Assembly: GCA_002269645.1 (NCBI GenBank)
Contig: NIVC01001638.1
Coordinates: 192,219 to 256,218 of the forward strand
Length of the DNA: 64,000 nucleotides
Reading direction: 5' to 3'
DNA from: Macrostomum lignano
Lineage: Eukaryota
Shown here: positions 20,517-32,290 of the stretch, piece by piece
Numbering within the stretch: position 1 is the first letter of the stretch
How the letters are laid out: every line of letters starts with the position of its first letter
Notes under the pieces: model-generated
Databases searched by the model: none
The model's input: the letters and a program-made list of their open reading frames with translations, nothing else
Told to the model about the DNA's origin: nothing
Program-made: the position numbers and the translations under genes

Positions 20517-21062
20517 CTACCAGTGCCGACCCTCGTCATACAGATTTTCCCAGGGCGGGGATTGGTAGGGTTTGAGACCCACAACCTGAAGAACGTCCTG
20601 CAGATTTTCCTCCTCAGTCCTGGCTACCGGAGGGGTCTCTGTCTTGGCTCGCTTGGCAGGCGGTGGGGCCTCAGGTGCCGGCTTAAAGAGCTTGTCCAAA
20701 CGGGAGGCAAACATCCGGCGCCACAGTTCAGGCGTGAATTCGATCGTGTAGCGCCAATTAAACTTTGGGTCCACGTTGAGCCAATCGCGCAGCAAACGAA
20801 TCCTTCCTTGCGAAGCCTCGACAGCCTTGAAATTGCCCAACACGACCCGCTTGTACACGTGAAGGCGGGCAGCAGCCTCCAGGTCAGGGCGTGCAGACTC
20901 GAGCTTCTTCCACTCTGGTTCGGTCAAGTAGATTGCAGGGAAGCCGTCCTTCCACACTCCAGCCTCGTTGGTGCAGAGACGCCGAATTTCAATCAAGTTG
21001 TGCTCAGTTTCAAATGTGGGCTTCCGCGCCACAAAGTTTTCGTATAGAGAGTTAAAAGACAT
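20517..21062 (-). CDS. Putative tandem PC4-like ssDNA-binding protein
   Basis: Two PC4-like units: IEIRR...AIYLTEPEWKKL and IRLLRDW...TIEFTPELWRRM; basic PPAKRAK motif; TATA upstream. Confidence 0.5.
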   Translation of the reverse strand: MSFNSLYENFVARKPTFETEHNLIEIRRLCTNEAGVWKDGFPAIYLTEPEWKKLESARPDLEAAARLHVYKRVVLGNFKAVEASQGRIRLLRDWLNVDPKFNWRYTIEFTPELWRRMFASRLDKLFKPAPEAPPPAKRAKTETPPVARTEEENLQDVLQVVGLKPYQSPPWENLYDEGRHW

Positions 21063-21099
21063 GATTTAGCAGCAGCAGCAGAGAGCTCTCTGGCAGCCG

Positions 21100-21300
21100 T
21101 GCAGCGCCTTATATACCCCCGGATGGAGGGTGGGGTGGGTGGTGATTTTGGGGGTGATTTTTGATGATTTTGGTTGGTTTTTGGCGATTTGACCAATAAC
21201 CAGCAAGCTGGGCAGATTTTTTAGTATATATACAGACCCCCAGAACAGGGATAGAGAGATAATCCTTCTCTCTCCGCTCTCTAACACTCTCTGTTTGCAA
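21100..21300. promoter_or_regulatory. Putative bidirectional promoter
   Basis: TATATAAG on minus (plus 21108-21115) ahead of the ATG at 21062, and TATATATA on plus (21225-21232) ahead of the pPolB ATG at 21302. Confidence 0.5.
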
Positions 21301-21301
21301 A

Positions 21302-24300
21302 ATGTCAAAGCGCAGCGCAGCACCAACTGCTTTCCTGGCTGATAAGAGGCAGCGTCTTTATGGTAAGTTTTTAATTAATTTCTGGCCAGTTGTTTATCAG
21401 TCTAGACTAGAGTTACTAGGGTGGGGTGCTGCGGCAGGAGGTGAGCTGCTGCGACAGCTGCAGGGGTTTAGCGCTGTCTAGACAAGTTTCAGCACGGTGA
21501 GCTGCGCGTGTAAACAAAGACTGGGGCTGCAGATAGGGTGCGTGTACGTAGCTGCCCAGACAAGCTGCAGCTGAGGTGCTGATAAGAAATTGCTGCAAAA
21601 ACAGATAATCGTTGGGTGCGGTGACAGAGAGTTGCTGGGGAGGACTAGACATCATTTAGCAGCAACAGCTGCAGGATCCGTGGGAATTGGAGGGGTGCAG
21701 CAGAGTAAACAACAAAGACTGGCGCTGCTGCGCTGGCTACACGGGTCTAGACTAGAGTCACTAGGCAGGGGGGGGGGTACGTTGCTGATAAGAAATTGGC
21801 AGAGGCTGTAACAGATAATCGTTGGGGTAAAATTGCAGACAAGTTTCAGCAGGGCGGTGGCAGAGAGTTGCTGGGTCTGATAATCGGTGTGCGGGGACAG
21901 CGTGAACTCTGATAAGAAATTGGTGCAGATTTCTGGCGCTGCCCAGACAGGCTGCAGCTGGGGTACAGATAAGAAATTGGCAGGGGCTGTAACAGAGAGT
22001 TGCTGGGGCGGGCTAGACACGTTTCAGCAGCAACAGCTGCAGGGTCTGTGGGCAGCAGAGTAAACAAAGACTCTTGCAGAATAGAGTTGGTGAATTGCTG
22101 CTTGCTGCGACATAGGGCTGATAGGAACTTGCTAGGGCGGGGGAATGACAGATTCTTCTGGTTTGTTATCTCCTTGTGTTTTTTTCAGACGCGTTTGTCC
22201 CGCCTGTACAGCCAGAATCTGTTACCGGACCGGGTGAGTTATCTAGCCCCCATTCCCCAGACAGACCCGGGCTGACTCACACTCCCCTTCATTCCCTGCA
22301 GGTTTTACGGCCCGGCTAGATAATCAGCGCAAGCTGCCCAAGTTTAGGGCAAAGGGTGTTGAGTATGTGGTGCGTATTAGTAACACCGAAGATTTACGCT
22401 AGACATTCGCTAGTATGCTCGAAGTTTTCAAGCAGGATTTGGCGGGGGAAGACTTTATGGCCGCGAAATTCGAGAGCGACAACATGCTCAAAGCCGCCCA
22501 TACTCCCCCCAGTGCGTGCAGCCCGCATGACAGCCGAATTATTATTCAAGCACATTGACAAGATTGTGCAGTCGGAGGCAACTGTCTTGACGGGCAACTT
22601 TTCTATCCGACTGCTAAAGGCCTGGGTGCCTCGAGGTGGCTGCTCCCTCGAGAACAAGCATCTGGAGGACCGCCATGTCTTCTCCAAGCACTATGTCTGC
22701 ATCAACAACACTGACAAGAGGTGCCTGCTGCGAGCGCTTGTTGTCGCCTGCGCCTACCTGCAATTTGTGGCCAAGACAATCACCGAGCAACTGTGGCGCA
22801 CGATCAAGGCCAATTCACTCAAGCAGACTAAGCTGGTGGCTCAGCTGCAAATCAAAGCCGGTCTCTACACGGTAAGTTGGGCACTGATTTTCCTGATAAG
22901 AATTACTAAAAGAACCATTTTTCTGCTATTTTCATGGATTACTAAAAGAATTTTTACATAGTATCATGGAATACTAAAAGAACCATACTCTGATAAGAAT
23001 TTTTACGATAAGAATTACTAAAAGAACCATTTTCTGGTAGGAATTTTTACATAGTATCAGGGAATACTAAAATAAATATTTTACCCCCACACAGACTCTT
23101 CAAACCGTCTCGCAGGCCGGTCCTTTCGGGGTGGATGTACTACCCGAGGCGATCCGTGCCCTGAACCGGCTGCATCCTGGCCACAACTTTGGTGTACGAG
23201 TGTACCGGGCAGAGGAGGCCAACAGGTGCATCTTCAACCTGCCTGGCATCGAGATTCTGCACCTCCACCTGATTGAGCAGCACTTCAATGTGGTTACCAA
23301 GCTGCCAGCGTTTTTCGGCAGCCACCACTACTGCTCCAAGTGCGAGATGGCCTATGACTGCACCAACGCTGAGCACAAGTGTGCTGACGCCTGGAGTACA
23401 TGCAAGACGCCGGGCTCCAACTGCAAGGTCAACCGCGCATATGTGAGATGCCATGATTGCGGGCTAAATTGTTATAATGCTCAGTGTCTAGAGAATCACA
23501 AGCGCAAGAATAAGGCGGGTAGATCTCGCTGTGATTCAGTCCACGTTTGCGGCACGTGTGGCTATCTAGAAGAACTGAAAGTAGGCCAGGCCCCCGAGCA
23601 TCAGTGCGGTCACTCCAAGTATCCAGTCTGCAAGCAGTACGATGAAACAGCCACCTACGAGTGCTTTGTCACCCCGCCCAAAGCCAAAGAGTCTAGCGCC
23701 CCGTACGTTTACTACGATTTCGAGACGTACGTTGACTCTGGCAAGCAGCACCGGGTACACTTGGTTACGGCAGCTACCTCCTGCGAGGCGTGTCCCAAAC
23801 TCTTCCCCAGGCCCCGCTGCAGCGCGTGCGGGGGTTGCACCGCTCAGCCAATTGCATTGCGGGACGCGATTTGGCGCGCGATTTTACGAGCTGTGTCTCC
23901 CACAATGACTGTGCTTGCGGGATGCGAGAGTTTTTATCAGTCGGGCCTCACTCTATCGATGCATTTTACTGCTGGCTGACTAGCGTGTTCAAGCAGGGGG
24001 CAATTGCTATTGCGCACAATGGCTCTGCGTATGACGCATTCCTCCTGCTCGGAGCCCTACTCAATGGACTGGCCAAGAAAAAGCCCCAGGTAATCTTCCA
24101 GAACAGCCGCCTGATGTACATGAAGAGTGACAAGATCACGTTCAAGGACAGCCTCAACTTTATCCCTATTGGTCTGGCGCAATTCCCAAAGGCACTTGGT
24201 TTGAGCACCCAACTGACCAAAGGAGATTTCCCGCACGTGTTGAATCAGCCGCAAAACTGGGGCTACGTAGGACCCTACTGCTCGATTGATATGTACGGAG

Positions 24301-26476
24301 GGAAAAAGAATAAGCAACACGACTCCATCGCTGACTGGCTGGCCCAGCAGGAGGGCCGAGTGTTTAATTTCAACAAGGAGTACCTGGACTATTGCCTGCA
24401 GGACACGCTAATATTGCGGGAAGGCTGTCTAAAGTACGGCCGCCTAATTAAGGACATTTGCGGACTGGACGCATTTGTCCAATCCAACACCATTGCGGGC
24501 TTGGCCATGGCAGTATTCACCACCAAGTTTATGGTGCCCAACACTCTTGGGGTGATTTCTCGCCGGTCAGATGTGCAGTCGCACAAGGCGCGGTGCTGGC
24601 TTGCACATTTGAATGCAACCGAGTTTGGCGGCCGGTTGCGGACAGCCGACTTTGGCGGCGAGGCTTTCGCCATAGGCCGAAAGGTGTATGGCTTCGACCC
24701 AGAGACTAGGACGGTGCTCCAGTTTCATGGCTGCTTCCACCATGGCTGTCCCAAGTGCTTTTTCAACGGCGACGTGCTGCACCCGCTCAAGAACCAGCCA
24801 ATGCGGGCAATTTATGAGGAGACTGAGCGCTTCACCCGGCTGCTCTCTACAGCCTACAATGTACGTGTTCTGTGGGAGCACGACTATCAGGGCGGGGGAG
24901 CGCCAGTCCAGCAGCCTATTCGTCTGGAGGAAGCCCTGTTTGGCGGCCGCACCGAGGCCTTTGTTCCGCACGCCGAGGCCACTGAGACTGTGGAGCTGCG
25001 CTATAGGGATGTGGTAAGTTTTTTCAAAATTTCTCACACACACGCACACACACACAGTTGACTTGCGTTTGAGTTTAGCCTACTTATCCTCTAGGTGTCG
25101 CTCTACCCGACTGTCAACAAGTTTGACAAGTACCCTGTCGGGCACCCGGTTCACCACCCCGAGCCTCATCTACTAGATGAGCAGCAGCTGGCTCGGTATT
25201 TTGGCATCGCCGAGGTCTCAATTCTGCCGCCAACCAATCTTCACATCCCGCTACTGCCCGCCAAGATTAGCAAGAAGCTGGTTTTTGGCCTCTGCCGCGT
25301 CTGCATGGAGACACAGTGCAGCAGCGAGTGTACACACACTGACGCTGAGAGAATGCTCCGCGGCACGTGGTCGACCCCAGAGCTCCACAAAGCCCTGCAG
25401 TTGGGTTACAAGCTGCAGTCAGTTCATGCCCTGGCGTATTGGACCGAGACTCGGTCCGGGCTGTTTGCAGATTATGTAAACACCTTTTTGAAGCTCAAAG
25501 CCGAGTCTAGCGGTTCGCCGGGGATGACTGAGGGCGCCAAGGCTGCCTACATGGCCAGCTTTTTCGAGCGCGAAGGTGTCCGGCTTGACAAGGTGGAAGA
25601 GAACCCTGGTCTGCGCTTTGTGGCCAAGATTTTTCTAAACTCGTAAGTTGGGGAGACCGTGTTTTTCTACTTACAGTAGCCAGATATACTAACTGCTAAA
25701 ATTTATTTTTCCCTGCAGGCTCTGGGGAAAATTCTGCCAGCGCGACGACTTGACCTCCACAGAGATTGTGGACAGCTACGAGGCGTGGCTCCAGCGTCTG
25801 ACAGACCCCTCCATCAAGGTCAAGTCGTGCGAGCCTGTTGGGGAGAGCTTCATGATGCTCGAGTATAAGCCCCGATTTGGCGGTGCCAGCGAGCGAGCAT
25901 TTAAGTACGCCAATGTACCAATTGGCGTTTTCACCACCTCCCATGCCCCGCTGCGACTCTACGAGGCTCTGGAGGGGCTAGGACCAGAGTCATTTACGCC
26001 GATACCGATTCGTAAGTAATTTTTTCACTGTCTCTGTGTCTCTTTCTCCCCCAACACTTTTTTATCCTCCTCCTCCTCCCAGGGTCGTATACCGGTGCTC
26101 TCCGGGCGAGTACGAGCCTCCGGGCGGTTCGAGTTTGGGGCAGTGGACTGACGAGGTACCTGCCGGCTGCCGTATGGTACAGTTCACCACTGGGGGCCCC
26201 AAGCTCTACCGCTATGTGGTGGAGAAGCCCGACGGGTCGGTGTACTCGGTACTCAAGTGCAAGGGCATCCGAGTCACACCCGAGATTTCCGAGCGCGAGG
26301 ACGAGCTGCAGGAAATTCTGCGCCACGGCTGCTCTGTAAGCCTGCCCCAGGTCCAGTTCAGGCGCGATATGGCTAGCTGTACAATCAGGACCCTGGAGAT
26401 GGACAAGACTTTCCAGCGAGTAATGACTAAGAGAGTGTATGGGGCCGCCAGCCGTCCGTATGGCTTTCGGGAGTGA
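21302..26476 (+). pseudogene. Seven-exon protein-primed DNA polymerase B (~1276 aa restored; 3 single-base frameshifts, 1 TAG)
   Basis: Exons 21302-21362, 22189-22233, 22302-22871, 23095-25013, 25095-25642, 25719-26011, 26083-26476, all GT-AG and phase-compatible. Motifs: NNTDKRCLLRAL, YYDFET, AHNGSAYD, YCLQD, FGGRT, DV|VSLYP, KIFLNS|LWGK, YADTDS|VVY, GGPKLY, KCKG. Confidence 0.9.
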
Positions 26477-27019
26477 GTGATAACGATCTGTCTTAGGGGA
26501 GCGGTTTTCGTGAGTGATAAGGATCGGTCTTTGTACGTCTCCCAGCCTGGGATTCCCCTATGTGCACACTTGGGATCCCTTCAAGTGTTAAAACTCCCAT
26601 TTGACACCTATTCCCCCGGGGCGGTTTGTAGCCCGTTGGTCCACCTCTTGGAGTAGAACTCCTGCAAAACGGACATAAACTGCTGCGCCGATTAGCGTCC
26701 CGATAGCGCAATCGAAATACGTTTCCGCTCCCGAGCCCTCTCACGGGTTCAATCGGGCTGAAAGATGTTGACGCGTTCAAAAGCGTCGTGATAATAATAT
26801 ATTGTGGGTTAGGGCGGCTAAAAACTCCCTTTTGTTTTTTGTTTAATGCACCTGTGGGCTAGACAATTGCAGCAATATTTACACCTGCAGCACCTACGTT
26901 TGTATAGCTTTATTAATCTGATATGTTTCAAAAGTGAATATGCTTTATACATATGAGTCTGTATTTTACAACTATATATTTACGCCTGCTGATATTTGCA
27001 CTCGCGCATGCATACCATT

Positions 27020-27378
27020 ATTAATCCGATATGTATCGAAAGTACACTTTGTAAACCTGCTTTATACATTAAACTGCTATGTATCGAAAGTAGACTTTGT
27101 AAACCTGCTTTATACATTAATCTGATATGTTCTTTACGCTTTATACACACATGTATTGAAAGTAAGTCTGCATTATACTTGTATCTACCTGTGTTTTATT
27201 AGCGCCTACTACACTAATATTGGTTTTGTCAGCCTAACTGAGAATAAAGCCATCCAAAGTGAGAATCCTGCCTACGCTGAATACGAAGGGCCTAGCTGCG
27301 TTCAGCCTAGTCTATGAGCCATAGACTATAAAGGACAAGCAAAGTTTTAAAAGACCAATCGATTCTCACATTGGATGG
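27020..27378 (-). repeat. Right inverted repeat of element 2
   Basis: Reverse complement of 12382-12740. Confidence 0.92.
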
Positions 27379-27516
27379 CTTTTTATCACTTTGCTTGTCC
27401 TTTATTGTCTTTGGCCCATAGACTAAGGCTGCACGCAGCCAGGCCCTTCGCAGTCAGCGTAGACAGGATTCTCACTTTGGATGGCTTTATTCTCAGTTAG
27501 GCTGACAAAACCAATA
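27218..27516. repeat. ~300-bp imperfect palindrome overlapping the right inverted repeat
   Basis: Arms 27218-27345 and 27388-27516 (TATTGGTTTTGTCAGCC...GGCTGACAAAACCAATA), 42-nt loop. Confidence 0.85.
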
Positions 27517-27719
27517 CGTACCCGCTTTGTATTTTGTCTGCTTTACCGTCTGTCAATATATCGATAATATGCACCTACATTGTGTGTTTTTTTGCTGCTC
27601 ATATACCTATTATGCACCATTATTCACACCTACCAATATGTTTTATCTACTTTTTTATGTAAATATACTCAATTTCGCCTACTATAAGTAGTTTTCACTA
27701 GCCTAATATCATTGACTAC

Positions 27720-27995
27720 ATATCGGTGTACACATACATATCGGGAGAGTGTACTGGGGAGAGTGTACTGGGAAGAGTGTACTGGGTAGAGTGTACTGGG
27801 GAGAGTGTACTGGGAAGAGTGTACTGGGTAGAGTGTACTGGGGAGAGTGTTCACTCGGGGTGCCTGCGGCATACATATCGGGGTACATATCGGGAGAGTG
27901 TGCATACATATCAGGAGGGTCGCCTGCGGCATGGGCGCCTGCGGCATACATATCGGGGTACATATCGGGAGAGTGCGCATACATGTCGGGAGGGT
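27720..27995. repeat. Minisatellites (15-bp GGGAGAGTGTACTGG-type units; CCTGCGGCATACATATCGGG units)
   Basis: Direct tandem copies visible. Confidence 0.85.
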
Positions 27996-28784
27996 CGCCT
28001 GCGGCTGGACGGCGCTTGGCGATACGATACGATACGCGTATCGATCACCTAGTGATCGGGGCGCCAGCCAATGAGAGGCGAGGAGGGTTGACACCCACCT
28101 CACCTCCAAAATCAACGGAAACGGGGTTGTATAGTAGTGAGGTAGACCCAAAGTAGTGAGAGACCATATTTAAAATATTTCACTATGTACCCAAGGCCGG
28201 GCAATTTGAGGCCGCGGAGGCAATAGAGCTTGTGCATGTGGGAGAAATAATTTCTCTACACGGAGCCAGCGTGCCTATGAGGCCGCCTGCTGGGGGAGAG
28301 ATTTTCTCTCCCGAAGTCAGCGTGCTCGGGGGTCGCGTGCATGGGAGAGAGAAGTAGCTATTATTATTACTCCATAATTATGAAATCAGTGAGGTTTGAA
28401 TACTAGATTTCATGTTTTCTAGTAGAAGTTAATCTCAGTTTTTCAGGGCATTTTTTTCTCGAATACTGTGTTGGGATAGCTATTTCAGCCATAAGAGCTT
28501 TGTACGTCAATCGATTTTAGTATATGTTGATCTAAGGGGGATTTGGTTGTCCCAGAAGCCCCATCATGACAACTACTATCCCGTTTAGATCAGTAGTTAA
28601 AATTATGACGATGAGGTAGTTGGTTTTTGGTATTAGGGCATGATGTTTAAATAGATTTTAGTACTCGTAGATAATGATTTTTTGTTGCACCAGAAAAGGG
28701 GTAGTGGTTTTTTTCCCAAAACTTTGCGGAGGGAATTTGCACCAGAACTCCCCTCATGACAACTTAGTGTCATAGTGGGTGTGT

Positions 28785-29855
<1,071 letters not shown>

Positions 29856-31294
29856 GTTTAGTTAGCAAACGCACGCACTCGTTTCTCTTTTTTCCGGACG
29901 CGCGCCCAACGGCGGCCCGCCCGCTTTTTATCTCAATCGCCTTAATTGTGGCCTCAGTCGTCTCAAACGGACAGACATGGGTCGCCGTTGGTGGCGCCTC
30001 CGGCCTTGGGGCCGCCGTTGCTCCCGCTGCTTTTTTTTCGCTCTGCTGTCATTTAGCTGCAAATGGTTACAGAAATTCTAGTGAGTGTTTTTATATAGTA
30101 GCCGTGATTTTTGGCCAACCGTGCTTTTGTAAACAGGATTGTCTGTCTTCTGCACCACGTAGAGGTCATCACAACGCAGGAGTGGTGATCTGGATGTTTG
30201 CAAAGTGACCATAAATACCCCAGCAAATTATGCAAAAATGAACTGCAAAGTAGACAGAGTCACAGCAATGAACCAGATCTTCTGCCACAGCATTTTCTGC
30301 AAAGCGGCCAGTCTTGCAAGAGACTGTAGGATTTCTTTACTTAGCATAAAATCGGTGATTTTAAGTTTAAAAAAGACTCCAAAAAAGTTTTTTGTCGGCT
30401 CCAAGGACTAATTAACAACTACTTAACTACTTAACTTACTTAACGTGTTAAGTAGTCCTTGGTTGGCTTTTAATTCGAATCAAAACAAGCTTAAGTAGCA
30501 GTTGAGCGGCCGAATAAAGTGATACTCTGAGCATTCGGATTGGCTGTTGTCTCTAAAGCTGAATGAGACGTGCCTGTCAGATTACTGTTAGCACTTGCGC
30601 TGCTGGATGTTGCGTTAGTCAGTACAGCAGGAGCTCCCTGCGGCTGCGCTTCCACTGTTGCACTGCTTCCATCCAGTGACGGAGGAAAAAAACGTGTCCA
30701 GGTCCAGGTCCAAGCTCGATGTCGTCAGAAATGCTACTGTAGTTATCAATCTCATCAGATTTGTCTGCCGGGATGTTCGTTTCAGCTCTCGTGGCAGGTG
30801 TAGCAGCGCTCGGTAATTGACAAATACCAACTCAGTATTTTCCAACTGTTCGGCCACCTGAACGCATTCTGCCCTGTTTAAATGATGGGGTGATTTAAAG
30901 TCGAGAGAATCTGCCGCATGCAAACCTGGTATTGTTTCGCTTGTCACTCTCCATTTGCTTCCAGGGAATGGGGCCTCTATTTCAAGCTCTCTTGAAAGCA
31001 CTTCTGCCGCAGCTTCCATTCAGGTTTGAGCAGCGATTTTATCTTCTTGATAATATTCCTCTCCTTTCTTGATTACTTTAGAAAGCTGTTTCACCGTTGC
31101 AGGTAATTCTCATCTCATCTGTTGGTATGGCTGGAGGGATAAAGACGCAGAGAAATTTACGAGCTCTTTTCAAGTGGTCCACAATGCTTTTAATCTCTCT
31201 CACACGATCTTTGGCCCTCTCTCTCAGAGCACTTTTCTCGTCTGGCGTAAGAGCCTGGAATTCAGCATTGAGAGCAGGTGTCCATTCTAAAATT

Positions 31295-31468
<174 letters not shown>

Positions 31469-31779
31469 AATATTGTATATTTTGTGCGATATACAGGGAC
31501 AACCAGAAATATTTGACCAGAATAAATGCTAAGGTCAGTGCTAGTTGCTAAAAACTAGTGCAAACATGGTTGAATAAAGATCTTGAATACGTCGTACTTG
31601 CTACAAACAAGTGTGAGGTGTAAGCGCTTTTAATAAAAATGCAATAAAAATTGGCCACCTTTTGAGTAGTGAAGATAACATCAATGCGCGTATGGTGACA
31701 GTCACGGCAGATATCAGTCAGCCTTTTTTTAATTTAGTACTTGGCATTCCGATGTACGGAATACTGATGGTTGGTTTCC

Positions 31780-32290
31780 TTTCGGTAGGGTTAGAGGTAC
31801 GAGCGTAGAGCCAATTTTGTGACAAGCCTAAAAAGCAAAGTACCCTCCACCCTGTGTGCTGGTGTCGTCTATTAATTTGTTTGCCCTGCTGAGCAGAGCC
31901 AGTCGTACATCGGTAAGACTGATCGACACCTGTACACTAGGATTGAGGAACACCGCAAAAAGGCGAGAGCGATTCATGACCAGCTGCTAATGCGCTACGC
32001 GTGTGCCGACATCAAACATGATCAAAAGTTTAAAATTATTGATCGGATTCGACACCACACCACCACAAACTAAATGTGTTGGAAGCCCTGTACATCAAAC
32101 AGTTAAAGCCTACCCTGAATGTACAACTGACAGGAAGGGGGGCTAGCACTATCCTTAGAATTTTTTGACTATCCTACGGCTACTTAAACCTGGTTTTTAA
32201 ACTCTTGGCCCGTACTTTCAAATTATTACAAAATATTGTCACCTGATCATGCTGACAGTTACAGCGAAACATGTTGTGAATAAAATAAAA
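31780..32290 (+). mobile_element. Penelope-like element 3' fragment (GIY-YIG endonuclease remnant plus 3' repeat region)
   Basis: GVVY*FVCPAEQSQSYIGKTDRHLYTRIEEH ... EALYIKQLKPTLNVQL with stops/frameshifts; followed by hammerhead motif and AATAAA. Confidence 0.8.
32239..32279 (+). ncRNA. Minimal type I hammerhead ribozyme-like motif (core variant CUGAUCA)
   Basis: TCAC-CTGATCA-T-GCTG acagtta CAGC-GAAAC AT GTT-GTGA: stem I TCAC/GTGA, stem II GCTG/CAGC, palindromic ACATGT stem III. Confidence 0.65.

Larger units (their letters stand above)
12382..27378. mobile_element. Element 2: inverted-repeat-bounded pPolB element with spliced genes (Polinton-related; no capsid, INT or ATPase seen)
   Basis: 359-bp inverted repeats at 12382-12740 and 27020-27378, an intron-containing pPolB, and divergent minus-strand genes. 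Confidence 0.72.

Noticed and set aside
22368-22402. A 33-nt GT..TAG mini-intron that would remove the in-frame TAG in pPolB exon 3
   Set aside because: Weak donor and much shorter than the other introns; a point nonsense mutation is simpler. RNA reads would decide.
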